A DNA stretch of 63,966 nucleotides, counting the filler, from Olpidium bornovanus S191 (Eukaryota; Fungi; Olpidiomycota): NCBI GenBank assembly GCA_017911155.1. It is 28 parts of 28 records of this genome, joined end to end, with 100 filler letters (N's around TTAATTAATTAA, not from the genome) between each part and the next. Parts side by side here need not be neighbours in the genome. Positions count along the whole stretch, not along the records: positions 12,245 to 16,419 come from JAEFCI010001561.1; positions 16,520 to 18,188 come from JAEFCI010009464.1; positions 18,289 to 21,933 come from JAEFCI010001764.1; positions 22,034 to 23,736 come from JAEFCI010003674.1; positions 23,837 to 28,795 come from JAEFCI010004304.1; 23 more parts are not named here. The stretch is one strand, 5' to 3'. Under the pieces are notes generated by a model. That model saw only the letters and a program-made list of their open reading frames with translations. It had not been told where the DNA came from and made no database searches. Positions within the stretch are counted from its first letter, which is position 1; the number at the start of each line of letters is the position of its first letter. Shown here piece by piece: positions 12,535 through 25,449 of the stretch. A program made the translations under genes and the position numbers.

Positions 12535-15500
12535 CTATATGCCGGCGAGCACCAATTGCTGTCCCGTGATCTAGCCCGCGCGGAACGGTTTGGGCGCTCG
12601 GTCAGCACTCGTTTACGGTTTGGGCGGCGACGCGCAAGGGAAGCGCACGGGAGGCGAACGGGTGAGCGCCACCTTCCTCACCTCCGCAACCGCGTCCTCG
12701 TATGTGGCCTTGAACCAATCCCGCGCTGCTAGCCTGCGCGGTTAGGTGAAAAGAAGGGGAACGGGGCAGTCGGGCGTTCGGTCAGACGCGGAGAGGAAGG
12801 CAGGGAACTGGCCCAAAACGCAGGAACGGTTGATAATAATAAAAAAAAACCACACCATAGCCACGTCTTGAGGAGAACGCCGCCGCCTTCCGGCAGCTTC
12901 TTCACTTCCTCCAGGGCGCTCTTGAAACCACCCGTCGTGCTGAGGTCTCGGAGTATCGGCAGACTTACTCGAAACACGTCTAACTGCGGATCTGCGCGCG
13001 GGTTGTGCATGTCTTAGACCACCATAAAACCGCCCAGTCTCTCGGGCGGGACCACAGCATCGACGACAGTTTTTACCTAACCGCCGGCCAATGCCCTCAA
13101 GAAGCAGAATGCTGACGACGATGGTCACAAAATCGCCCTCGAGTTTCACATGGTGAACCCGAACTAGGTTCATCACCCTGGTAAGAGCGTCGGAGATGGA
13201 GACCTGAGAGAGCCCAAACGCCCGGTTTTTTATGGCGTCGACGACCTCGCCGATCGACCGGGCGAACCCGTCGGGATCTACCGCCGCGTCCGGAAGACGG
13301 CAACGTTCGATCATGAGTTGCCCGGCGCGGTAACCGTCGAAATCCGCAACCGCCCGGAAGAGGTCCAGGAAGTTCCGCCGGTTCTTCTGATTCAGCGACG
13401 CCGTCAGTCCCGCGTCGATGAAGACGATTTGCGGGTCCCAGCCCTCGTCGTACAGGAACTTCACGTCTTCGAGCCAGTTATCGAAATCGTCCAGGTACCG
13501 CTTCCGGTCCAGCACGCGCGCCAACGTCGGGGCTGGACCGGTCGGGTTGGATTTCATGAAAATCGGGTTTCCGCGCAGGATCCCTAAGAATCGGTCCCAG
13601 AAGCCGTATGAATTCGCATGATGGAAGCGGATGAGGATGTTTCCTGGGTGCTGGCGGTGCGCGATGGTGCCGTTTCTATTGCTTAACTCGAAGGCACGCT
13701 GGATGCCGCCGGAAATGCGCTCGAGGGACCTACCAGATCTGCATGCACGAAGTTATCCAGCAGGAGCATTTTCTGCTCGCGCGGAAACGGAAATACGATG
13801 GTGACAGTTCGCGCGGCAGCGGAATTTAATGGCGATTAGCTTGCCTAACGCCACGGCACAAACAACTCTGTCCTCACCAGAAATGACTCGAGGCCTGTGA
13901 CAGCAACCAGAGGCGAATTTAGATTGGAAACCTACGTGTTTTCGCACGCCGAGCTGCCCAAGCCTCCGTGGGACGTCAAAATAGGGACATCCTCCTCACC
14001 AATTCCGGCTATGCTCTTGTCGTAGACCAGGCCGCACGGGCGCAGAAAAAAGCCGACTGGAAGAGCGTCCACGTACTCCTCCACGAGGACTTTTTCGGAC
14101 GCCCTGACCACTTTCGGGAATTTGGCGTTCTTCCTGTTCTTAAATTTTTTGGCAAACACATTGAGGTTCCTGCCCTCAATTCTAAGGTCCAACTGGTTTA
14201 TCATCTCCTGCCCAAAGACTTCGGCCTCCTCTGGGAAGCTAAGCCAGCAAAAGTTCGGAAGCATGGAGACAAGCTTGGCTCCGAGCTTCAAAATCTTCAG
14301 GTCTCGGTGTATCGTGGAGGCAGCGTGCGGGTGGAGGACTTTGACAGCGAGGGCACGCGGAACGATGTCGGCCGGTATTCGTTCTGGGAAAAGCTCCGGG
14401 TCACCGATGACTTCGGGCCTGAAAGCCGCTTTGTACACCTTAGCAGTGAGAGGGGCGTGGCGATCAAGTTGAACACGGTGCGCTGCCGCCGATTTGACTG
14501 CACCACGGGCGGATTGGACGGTACCTGAGCAATTGCCCCGACGCCGATAGGTTCCTCGTCGAACTCCAGAAAAACCTCCGACATCGGCTTGCCCCCGAAA
14601 GCGGCCTCAACGGCGCGCCGTGTGTGCTCAAACTTGTGAGGTCTTACGGAAGAGTGGAGCTTGGAAAAGGCGTGGCAGAGTTCCGGCGGAAACACGTCCG
14701 CCCGCGAAGCCGCCCATTGCGCCAACTGCGACGTGTCAAATTACGCATTGTTAAAACTCCCGCGGGCCGCTTGAACGGGTGCCGTTTGGCATTGGGACGT
14801 CCAGCAACGATTGGGAGGCTCCGCGATCGGTCATCTACCTTGATGAAGGTGGGTCCTGCCCGCTCCATTTGCGCGGCCAGAAAATTGTACCACCACAGCG
14901 CTCCGTATCTCTCATTATCCTTGGATGGGTCGCGTGACCCAACAACCAGCGCCGGCGCAGAGCAGATCACAGGAAGGAAAACAAAAAAAAGCGCGACGAT
15001 CCTGCTAATCACGAGAATGGGCTCAACAACCAGTCGGGCGAAGAAGTACCTGACTTGGCCGAAAATGGTTTCTATCCTCGTTCGGGAATGTACGACGAGC
15101 GGACGTTTCCCGTCAACCCGGTCCGCATCTTCGTCAAAGCCGAGCGGAAGATTCCAGATATCGTTGGTTTCGTGCTCTTCAATATCCAAAATGCCAACGG
15201 ATTTGCCGCGCCGCCAACGACGGATCGTGTACCCGACGGACACAGCACAAACGGCTGCAGCTACCCCCGCGGCAAACAGCGCGTTCTGTCTTCGCACTTT
15301 GCGGCAAGTCGTGAAGCGTACCGCGGTTAGCCGCAATACCGAAGAGCGGCCGAGCAATTTTTTCGCGGCTGGTTGGCAATCCCGTGCGCTTATGGATGTG
15401 AAGCCAGAAAACAGCCTTCGCTGACTTGACAGAGAATTTGATTTGTTGCCGACCGCAAATCCGAAGGGTAAGCGACAACCGCAGCAAACCTCGAATTTGT

Positions 15501-15645
15501 GCTGCGACATGACAGGTCCATAGATCGGACGCAAAAGCCGGGCCGTCAGCCCGATCTGTTGCGTACCAGCGATTGATTTGACAAACCACCACGGTGCGGG
15601 AAGACCCGACGCGGCCGCACCGACAGAGACGATTCCTCGCGTCAT
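12535..15645 (-). CDS. CQD1: ABC1/UbiB-family atypical kinase, Cqd1 (Ypl109c)/ADCK2 type, multi-exon
   Basis: Exons encode AQMERAGPTFIK|LAQWAASRADVFP, PIGVGAIAQ|VYKA, AVKVLHP, QLDLRIEGRNL, MLLLDNFVHADL|HPGNILI, IVFIDAGL and VSILLLEGIGRRL|DPQLD. The stop is at 12535-12537. The start is approximate. Confidence 0.92.
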
Positions 15646-16696
15646 AACGTAGAACCGCAGTCTCCGACGCCGTGTAGACCCCACGCGGCTGCCGAGCGCG
15701 ACAGCACGAAGCGCTAGGGCGTTCCCTGGAGAAATTGGCAGATCGCCGAGCCTTGAGGCGAGGTGCAAAGGCTGCTCGGCGAGCGGCGATCGCCGGTGCT
15801 GCCGAACGTGCACGACCGGGACGCTTTTGGAGCGATGAGGCGTGGGCGGGGGTGCTTGCGGCAAGCCGTTGCGGGACGAACACGCAAGAACGCAAAAAGG
15901 AGACCCTCGGCTCGTCGGGCCTGTCGGGCGTCGTCAGGCCGACCCTCTCTCCGGAAGGATGCGTCGCTGGGCGGTCCCACGAAAAGCTCCCTTTCCCGTC
16001 CCGCCAGCGAGCAGATTGCGTAGAGCGGCGCTTCGCTTCGGCGCGGGGCGCGCGCGTCTTTCCTGGGCCCGCGGGTGCGGGCGGCAGGCGCAAGCGGGCC
16101 CAGCTGGAGCCGGGAGCAGTCGGCAGGGCTCTTGGCCCCGGCGTTCCTGGCGCGGGGGCCGTTGTCTCGGGCCAAACAACTTCAGGCGTGCCAAAAAGGG
16201 CGGCCGGGCTGGAGGGCGGCGGGCGGCGGGCGGAGTGCGGAGGGCGGAGGCCGTTTGGGCGGAAGAAGGGAGAAGGGGGGTGTAGGAAAAAGGGGGGGGG
16301 GGGGGGGGGGAACAGCCAGGGGCAGCACGGATAGGGCTCCTACACGAATTACTCTTTCCCCCTTCTGTAGAATCCGCACAGAATCCCAACATAAATAGGC
16401 GCGGAATCTGTAGATTCAANNNNNNNNNNNNNNNNNNNNNNNNNNNNNNNNNNNNNNNNNNNNTTAATTAATTAANNNNNNNNNNNNNNNNNNNNNNNNN
16501 NNNNNNNNNNNNNNNNNNNAAAAAAAAAGATAAGGAAAAAAAGAAAACGTAAAAACGGAAAAAAAAACGGAAAAAAAAACGGAGAAATTAAAAAAGAAGA
16601 AAAAGTAAAAAAGGAGAAAGAAAGGAAAACCACGTTGTGGCGTCAATTCTCGGTGCCGTTTCCCACACAATCGCTTCCTCGTCGGATTTTCCGCTT

Positions 16697-17825
16697 ACAG
16701 CTGCATCGTGACGGCACTTTGGAGCAGGCCGATGTGCGGCGAAAGCTTCATGATCCCGAGGGAGCAGAGGTTGATGTCTACGGTGGACGGCAGCTCGGAG
16801 AACGCGTACGGGTATAGTTTTCGTGATTTGCGACGGCCCACGGGCCCGGCGAGAGGGATGACGACGCCCGCGTTCGAGCGGGGCGGCGCAGCGGGGGCGG
16901 TTTCCGGGGGGTTTGCTGGGCGGCGGTGATGCGCCGATGTGCCGGTGTTGGCGGTTGAGACGGTGGAGGAGCGGTCGCGGAGCGGGCTGCCGTGGGCCGC
17001 GGTTGAGCTCCGCGGCGAAGTGGACGGCGCCTGGTCGTGCGGGGCGCCGTCGGCGAAGTCCCTCCCGTCTGCGAAGGAAGCCCGGCCGCTCTCGTCCGGG
17101 AGGTCCGGATCCCACCAGGGCGAGTGTTCGTCGAAGATGTCGAGCGTGACGACCCTCTGCTTCCGGGTCCGCAGCAGCCTCGACAGGCGCGACCCGTGCG
17201 CCTGCCTCTGCGGCGCGACCAACTGCTGCGGAAGGTGCTGCTGCTGTTGCTGCTGCTGCGGCTGCTGCTGCTGCTGCGGCTGCTGTCCTGCTGCGGCGGA
17301 GGCGTCCTCCGCTTGCTCCTGCTGCTGCTGCTGCGGCGGCGCGGTCGCGGGGGGTGACCGCGGCGGAGGCGCAGGCGCGACCGGGGAAACGGATCCCCTG
17401 ACGGCGGCCGCGGGCTGCTCAGGGCCGGGCAGGGCGACGGCTGCGGCGGCGGCGAGGCCGGCCTGCGGCTGGTCCGGGGCGGCGGCAGCATCGCGCTGGT
17501 GGTGGGGGTGCGGGTGGTGGCGGGGGTGGGGGTGGTGGTGGTGGTGCGGCGGCTGGCGGTGGCGGTTGTGGCGGGCGAGCCGGGGGTGGTCGGGGTAGTT
17601 AAGGTGGTGGTGGTTGAGGTGGTGGTGGTTGAGGTGGTGGTGGTTGAGGTGGTGGTGGTTGAGGTGGTTGTGGATGCGGTGGCGGTGACGGCGGGAGCCG
17701 GGAGGAGAGGCGGCGGCGGACGAGGAGGCGGGTCCGTCGGCGAGGGCCGCCCTGCGCTGCTCGGGCGACAGCGCGGTGACCGCCAGCGGCAGGAAGCGGT
17801 GCTCCTTGCTCAGGCCCGCTCCCAT
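16697..17825 (-). CDS. Leucine-rich-repeat protein with predicted N-myristoylation; first exon, continues past GTAAGC donor
   Basis: Starts MGAGLSK (MGxxxS). A His/Gln/Pro low-complexity region is followed by LRR-like INLCSLGIMKLSPHIGLLQSAVTMQL, then a donor site. Confidence 0.75.
17604..17670 (-). repeat. 15-bp coding tandem repeat (HHHLN)x4
   Basis: GGTGGTGGTTGAGGT units on the + strand, in frame with the LRR gene. Confidence 0.9.
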
Positions 17826-17826
17826 T

Positions 17827-17926
<100 letters not shown>

Positions 17927-18135
17927 TCGGCTGCCCTGTGCCGGCGGCGGCGGCGGCGGCGGCGGTTCAAACTTTTGGGAGAGGGCGGGATGGTGGGGTG
18001 GGTGGCGGGGTGAGCGGGCTGTATGTCCCCCGGGGAAGTAGGGAGGGGGGAGTTTCTTCTTTTTGCGCGGGGCGGGGTGGGCGGGGCGGGGCGGGGGGGG
18101 GGGAGGGGGGGGGGGGGGTGGGGGGAGGGGGGGAA

Positions 18136-18171
<36 letters not shown>

Positions 18172-20249
18172 CGGGGGGGGGGGGGGGGNNNNNNNNNNNN
18201 NNNNNNNNNNNNNNNNNNNNNNNNNNNNNNNNTTAATTAATTAANNNNNNNNNNNNNNNNNNNNNNNNNNNNNNNNNNNNNNNNNNNNCATGGTAATATG
18301 CAAGACCGCCTCGTTTTTACGCAAACGCATTTTTATTGCGAAGGCGCGGGGGGCGAAGCTGGCCTATAAGACAAGCGCACGGCGCGCAAACCCTGGACGT
18401 TCCACGGCTCTCAGTAAAATTCAGAACGCATTGGCTCAAACGATGACAACCAATCCCTGTTAATGTTAAGTACCCCAATTCTGCTACTAGAACGGCGATT
18501 GTCATTTGCAACATTTATCGTCAAACGCCTTACTTGCTCGAAGCCTTTGGCTCCTGCGTTTGTAACTCCTATTAGAAGAGTTCCCCCACAGAGGCAATCT
18601 CGTCCGACGTTAGAAGGGGATCGGTTATGCTTTTATATTTGACGCGACCAACCCGATTGATTGCAGAAGTCATGCGACGTGCTGGACATGTCCTGCAGGA
18701 CCTTTGTCGCCGGCGTGTCGTCAGGGCCGGGCCCGTCACACAATTCGGTTCCTCAGACTAATGTCGGAACTGGTTCAGGTGGCGGGTCTCCTGTAAAAGT
18801 TAATGCGAGTTTTTGTTTGGTATTGCGCGAATCGCGCGGGCGGTAGGAGACGGGTTGGTTGCCAGAGCAGTAACGGTGCACACGCACGGCATCAGATTCT
18901 GCAACCCGGCGGACAACACCGGATGTTACCTCAAAGCGGGGCTGTTTAACAGGAGAACTGGTTTGGCCCCGACGTTCGGCTTTCCGGCAGTGAAGATATT
19001 CTGGCAATCGCAACATAATGGCGAGGAGATTTTTCAGAAACCGACGACGTAAAGAGACATCACAGGGACCGGGCCAAGGAGAGTTTCCGGGCTGGCCGCG
19101 TGATCACCGGCAACCAGGGGCGGACCAAACAGCCTTCCACGTTTCCCTGTCTTTCGAATTGTTGTGGCTGAAACGGGCGAATCGGCACGCCTAGCGTTTG
19201 AGAAGAGGCAGCTGTCAAATATTTGGGTGTCAAGAAAACCTGCGAATAACCGTGCAGAAGCCGCGGTTAAAGCAAGCTCGGTCCGACCGCGTCTCCCTCT
19301 CTCTCGACCAAAGGCCGCAACTGTGTTGACCAGAAGCCTCTGCGTGTTTGCCCGTCGGGCAGACCACGTGCGGCAACCTCAAGCGGACCACGTACATAGC
19401 TCCGTGCTTGGTGTGTTCCTCCGGGCTTCGCGGTCCGTCTTCAGCCAAGATCGCGCTTCGGCCTAAATCGCGTTCCGGCCAAGATCGCGCTCCAGTCGGG
19501 ACAAAGCTTCCCGAGTTTACCTCACCTCTTCTCGTTCCGCGGTAGGTCGGTTCCGCCAGCGCTTCTTGCTCTTTTGCATTCTCTCTGTTGACCGTCAAGT
19601 TCGCGCTTCTCGGCTTTTGCCGGGGCCCTTTTCCGTCCGCGGCGGTCGGCTCCCGGGGGGCCCGCTTTTCTTTTCCCCTCCGGCCGTAAACTCCTAGTCT
19701 TTGCCGGGTCGAGCTCCAAAACGCGCACGCCGAGCTTCTCAGCACCGCGGCGCGTCGGGGCAGCTGCTGGCTCCGCCGGCGTTTTTGCTTCTTCCTCTTT
19801 TCTCTCTTGGCTCAAGATTGCGCTTCGGCCAAGATCGCGTTTCTCGACTTTGAAGGTTTCTTTTTTGTGTTGGCCGCCTATTTCTCGGTCCGCGGCGGCC
19901 GGGCTCGCGGTGCCGTTACCTTCTTCTTCCTCAGGCCGCGGACCTCCGGGTTTTCGGGCCTTTCAGCGGCGGCAGGCCCTTTGTCTTGCGCGCGCTCTGC
20001 CTGGCCGGAGCGGTTTTTCGTTCGAGAGAGGCGTTTGAGGCAGGCGTTTGTCCGTCACGTCAGCTGCGTCCACGTGAAAGCGTGCTGACGAACGCTGCCC
20101 TCCCCTCCCCCTTCTTCCCCGCGGGCGGCCAAAGAGGGATTCTACCGCACGCGGCGCGTGCCAAAAAAACAAAAGAAAAAAGAACGAAGTTTACGCTTGG
20201 CCAAAAGGGACGAAATCAAGCTCGTGGGCGCGCGTAGTGCCGGCGCATG

Positions 20250-20830
20250 GTTCATACATACAATCATATACAGAATTTCATAATACAAAATAATAAATTT
20301 GTTATGTACTACATACAAACTAAACCATGTATATTACGTGGGCTGGTTATTAAACTGTCAACGACATTTGCAACATTTTATTAATATGAGATTTACCCGG
20401 TCATGTTCCGGTGTTCTGTAAATGTTTGTATATACATTGATATAAACGACGTAAATTTTCGGATATATAGTTGTATTATGCGACTTATCATGTTTTTGGT
20501 GTTTTTGTGAATGTTTTTATATACATTTGTATATGTAAAGTATAATTCATGAAAAAAATTAAAATATTTGTGTAAAAACTCATTTGCAACAACAATAGTC
20601 AGATTTTGCAAATAAAGTTTTTATGCATTTATATTGCATACAGTGAGCCATATTCATAAATAAATCTTACATAATAGAATACAATCATTACTATAAAACA
20701 ATACTAGTTAACATAAAATAGTGAAATATTTGTTTAAGGCAGAACATTTGATTTACAGCAATTGAATGCTGTTATTTTTAATATTTGTATGGATATATAA
20801 GGAAATTGTTTATATTGTAGTTATATTTAA
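20250..20830. other. AT-rich island
   Basis: Spot counts of two 60-nt lines give about 22-23% GC, against roughly 60% in the flanks. The left edge is sharp. Confidence 0.9.
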
Positions 20831-20994
20831 TTCCTGGCTTCCAGGCTTGACTCTCGAATCTGAAGGAGTTTTCATGCGGGCCTGCCAACGATTTCGACAA
20901 GATGTATGGGAAGTTGGCGAGGATTTTGAAAGACGTTTCGGCAAATAAATTGCACAAGGGTCTTGGCTTGTATTTTGGTTTTTTTTTTCAGGAT

Positions 20995-21178
20995 TTTTGA
21001 CAGAAATTTTGACAGAAATTTTGACAGAAATTTTAACAGGAATTTTGACAGGAATTTTGACAGAGATTTTGACAGAGATTTTGGCAGGAATTATGACAGG
21101 AATTTTGCCAGATATTTTGAAAGGAATTTAGAGAGGAATTCTGGCAGGTATTTGACACGGGTTTTGGCAGGGGTTATG
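20995..21178. repeat. 12-bp minisatellite, ~15 copies (TTTTGACAGAAA consensus)
   Basis: Directly visible, with divergence increasing 3'-ward and one 11-bp unit. Confidence 0.95.
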
Positions 21179-22461
21179 ATGCGGATAGGGAACAGACGTT
21201 TATAAGGACTTGACCGCAAGCTCTCCGCAGAGCAAAAAGGAAAATCCGCAAACGAAATGCTGGCTCTTACGGCAGCAGACGAGAATTCAAGGCTGTTTTC
21301 CTCTGGTCCTGATTCCCCGTCCCCGAACGCCGATACCGATTGTGATCAATCGCGATTGATCATGATCGCGATCCTGATCCAGCTACTGGTTTGTCAAGCA
21401 TGTTCCGTCTGCAAAATCCAGGCGCAGGCCCTTCGCAGTTTCCACACCAGTCTACAAATCGCTTGAAGCGGTTGATGCTGTCAAGGCGCGCGCTACGACC
21501 ATAAAACTTCCTTTCTTGGGAGGAAGGCTATGCGAAGTTCCGCCAAGCAGCCATATCGCCGAGCAAGGTCACCTGACTCAAGAGCCGCCTACCCCGCTAG
21601 ACATGGCCGCCAGTGCCACTGGTGCCCGGCATGTCTATTCGCGCGGGCACGTAAACCATCCAAGATCTATAGTTGGGGCTTCGGTCGGCTTCGGTAACGT
21701 GATCGAAGCGAGGGTCTAGGGTTTGGTGTGAGGGAATGTAAGCGTGATGATGGAGAGGGTGTAGGCGTGTGTGAAATTGGCGTACGATGGATTACGACAC
21801 GCATAGCCATCACATGCCTGAACAAGGCAAAAAAATAGAAAAAACTAGACCTGGGTGCTGCCGTAGGCGATGCACGCAAGCAGAAGGGCGGGACTCAACA
21901 AGTGCCGGGCCTTGTTTGATATAGACGCCACTANNNNNNNNNNNNNNNNNNNNNNNNNNNNNNNNNNNNNNNNNNNNTTAATTAATTAANNNNNNNNNNN
22001 NNNNNNNNNNNNNNNNNNNNNNNNNNNNNNNNNAGAAGCATTAACCCTCACCGTGAAAGATCCGCTGCTTTTCCCAAGGCCGTCAGTTGGACAACACTCG
22101 TGCGTCCGTGGCTGTCACGGAATTATTTTCGCAACGAGAGGTTGTTTTCATGTCCGACAATTCCGCATGATGAACAGTTAGAGCCTATCCCCCGATGCCA
22201 CCAGCAATCAGCTGCACAAGCGCATTCGGGCTCCAAATACCACGACGAGTGCTTCGCACGCATCGAAACAACCACGACGTCCACCCCCGGCAAATCCCGC
22301 CAACTGTTCATGGACGGCGAAATCCAATAGCTTTCCAATGCCCGCGACTCCGTGGCAACAAATGCACAAGTTGACCCAACGAAACGCGGTCCGCTACGAA
22401 TTGTCTCTCTGCACGTTAGTTGTCCGGCAGCTCCTCCAGCGCCCCAGAACCCTTCGCCCGA

Positions 22462-23736
22462 TTACCACTTCCCGCTCCGGGGCAAGTCGCTCGTACGCGT
22501 TCTTCGATCAAACGGACCCTCGCGCCCGGAAAAAGAGGGCGCCGACGCCGGCTCTCCGTGCGAGGAAAGCTTGCTCAGACGGTTCTCCTCTCGATCGCGG
22601 TCCAGCGCCCGCTGCCTGTGGTCAGTCCGGAAAACACTGGACACCCCCTTTGCCCGGGCTTTCTGCTTCCGCTCGGCCTCCTCCTGGGCAGCCTGCTTGG
22701 CCCGCTCCCGCGGATCGATGACCTGCGAGGAAGGGACGCGAGCGGCACGTTTCGGAATGTGAACAGCCAAGGATCGGCCCGAATGCGCGCTTCAGAACCG
22801 GACGTTGCGGGAAATACACGGTTAACGGCGAAGGCAATCGCTGCCCACCTCGTAATTATTTAAATCGTCCCGCTTCACGCCAGGCTCTTTCTGAAACACG
22901 AGTCGGTGGGACAACCACCCTTCGTCCGACTCGTCCTCCCTCTCGCCAAATGTGTCACGGCACGACTGGCAGCCAGCAAGATGATGGAGGAGGCACGGCT
23001 TGCTCTTCCAATGCGAGCCACTTTCGCCGCCCTCGCTTTCGGCACGTGTCTCTTCCGCAGGCGTTCGCTCCTCCTCTGCAGGCGTCGCCCACAACTTGTC
23101 GCTGAACGCCTGCAGTCGTGCCAATGTCTTTGTTTAGGGGAAGCGCAGGCAACAGTTACGCGTTCCGGGATTGAGGTTCCTATCAGCAACGACGTCCACG
23201 ACGAGAGAACCAAGGCATCGAAAAAAGCCGCGTGCGCCAGACGGATAGGTTTCGTACTTCGGTCTCGTCGTGAACCTTCTTATTGCCGACCATGATGAGC
23301 GGCCTTTTGTTTTTCAGGTATTTCTCCCGGCCCTCTTCGACGTACGACGCTTTCGAGGTTTTCTCCTTTACCGCGTCCGTCTTGCCCTTCGCCGCCTCCT
23401 TCTCCAATTCGCGGTTCCGTTCAAGCTCGCGAATCTCCTTCTTCATTTGGGATATTTTGGACTTCACGTCCATTTCCCTGCGACATTGCAAAGTTAGGAG
23501 CGTTCGCCGGAGCACGCGGAGCAATTAGCGCTGACGCGCAAAAAGCAACCGCACCGTTCTGGATCGCACGGCAAAAGGGAGGACAGAAAAAATGGATATA
23601 TATATTACCCGTCACCTTTCTGTTTTTTGCCGCTGCGGTCGGATTCCTTTTCGTCACAATTGTCAACTCCGTGCTTCCGCTTTATCCTGTCCCTCATCAT
23701 CTTGTCGTACTCTTCACCGGTCATTTGATCGTCATG
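22462..23736 (-). CDS. CWC27: Spliceosomal cyclophilin CWC27, C-terminal portion
   Basis: Exons give ETE|TLARLQAFSDKL, CLLHHLAGCQSC, DESDEGWLSHRLVF and YE|VIDPRERAK, matching the fungal CWC27 C-terminal pattern as I recall it. Confidence 0.88.
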
Positions 23737-24073
23737 NNNNNNNNNNNNNNNNNNNNNNNNNNNNNNNNNNNNNNNNNNNNTTAATTAATTAANNNNNNNN
23801 NNNNNNNNNNNNNNNNNNNNNNNNNNNNNNNNNNNNCATGTCCTGTCTAGGAAGACAGTTCGGTCGAAGACAGTTTAACGTCCTGTCCAGGACGGACTTA
23901 AAAGTAATTGATTAAGAGTTATTACGCCCAGCGCTGTGCTCTCCGCTCTCTCCTCCCCACGAACTCTCATACACAATAAAAGAACAACGCGAACTTCTTA
24001 TGACTGGTTATGAGCCCAAACGGACTCTGACGGCCGACCGCAGCTCGCCGGCCGCAGCCGCCAGCGTGAGGAT

Positions 24074-24300
24074 TCACCGCCTCCCGCCGTCATCCCGGAG
24101 AGCTCACAGCCTTCCGCCGTCAGCCTACCCGTTATCCCGGAGAGGACTCACCGCGCTCACCGCCTCCCGCCGTCATCCCGGAGGGCTCACAGCTTCCGCC
24201 GTCAGCCTCCCCGTCATCTTGGAGAGGAATCACTGCGCTCACCGCCTCCCCGTCATCCGGAGAGGACTCACCGCCTCCCCGTCATCCCGGAGAGGACCCT
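24074..24300. repeat. Higher-order tandem repeat: 82-bp unit x2 plus shorter subunits
   Basis: Units at 24074-24155 and 24156-24237 are built from CTCACCGCCTCCC..GTCATCCCGGAGAG subunits, followed by two ~29-bp copies. Confidence 0.9.
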
Positions 24301-25449
24301 TCCTTCCCCCTTTTATTAGCGCTTCAACTTCTTTCTTCCAATTTGCCGTTTCGCACATACCCGTCGGAATGCACGCAAAACACTTACGTGCGAAACCAAA
24401 ACGCCGCCCTTCCTTTCTCTTTGCGGTGAACTTTATTTTGCGTTGTTGTCGCTTTCATGTCCGCCGTTGTTATCCAACCCCCCTTCTCCTCTTTTCCTCC
24501 CCAAAGAAAGTGCGGGCGACCGCCAACTTATAGAGGTCTGTTATTGACCTATTTCATGTGCTTTCTGTTCCCCTAAAGTATTTCAATCTCTTTCTTTCTT
24601 TCCTCTTTTGTGCTTTTTGAGTTTTTCTTCTTTCTTCTTTTGTGCTTTTTGAGTTTTTCGGTGACGATTCTATCATTCTCTTAGCCGTCAATCGTTTTTT
24701 TTCTGTTTTCAAAATGTACGGCGAGGCAAATAGCAAAACCCTGTGGATTGTTTCAAACTGGGCCAACCTGCGCTAATAATTGCAATACTAGTTGATAGGA
24801 TTCGAACACATATCGAACCATGCGGCGCTGCGACAAGTATTGCGGCGGAACAAAAAAAAAAAAGTTGAACCGTCGTGAAGCGAGGGGAAAAGGACAATGC
24901 AGTCTCCGACTGTTTAATGTTTACAGTCAGGGTTAGGTTACAGTTACATCTCGAGTTTGAGAGACAACGCCTTTTTTTGCTTGTGTGTTTGCCGTCTTGT
25001 GGTACAATAAACGGTACAATAGGGATGGGAAACAGAAAAATGAAAAAAGAAAAATAAAGAAATTTACATTCCTGCTTCCTCCACCGGTTGGAGGGACGGG
25101 AAAGACAGGTGAAAAGTTCTGATTCTGAACGAGAACGGGCAACCACTGCTGCGGAGGACCAGGCCAGGAGCCAAGTCTTAGACCGGAGAAGTTTTCGCGG
25201 CGGGGCTCCAAGCGAGTAGGGGAAACCACCTTCGAGCAGGTGCTTTTCCAGGGTCTTAGCGCAGGGACGCATAGTGCGCGTCTGCAGCGGCCGGCCATTT
25301 TGTTCACTGCGCACATTTTGTTCACTGCCGGCGCCACGGGCAGCGGCAGCGCGGAAGACGACGCGCGCTGTTTCCCCGCGCGAGCCGATCATGACCGCGG
25401 GGTAACCGCGGCTAGCCGGAATGCGAGCTCGCGCAGATCAGCATTTTTT

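Noticed and set aside
20963-21205. (FDRN)n ORF as a real repeat protein
   Set aside because: The repeat phase shifts relative to the frame at the 11-bp unit, and there is no supported start. It is better explained as a minisatellite, kept only as a repeat finding.
24074-24300. CRISPR-like array (also considered for 20995-21178 and 43115-43400)
   Set aside because: The repeats are contiguous without unique spacers, the context is eukaryotic and there are no cas genes.
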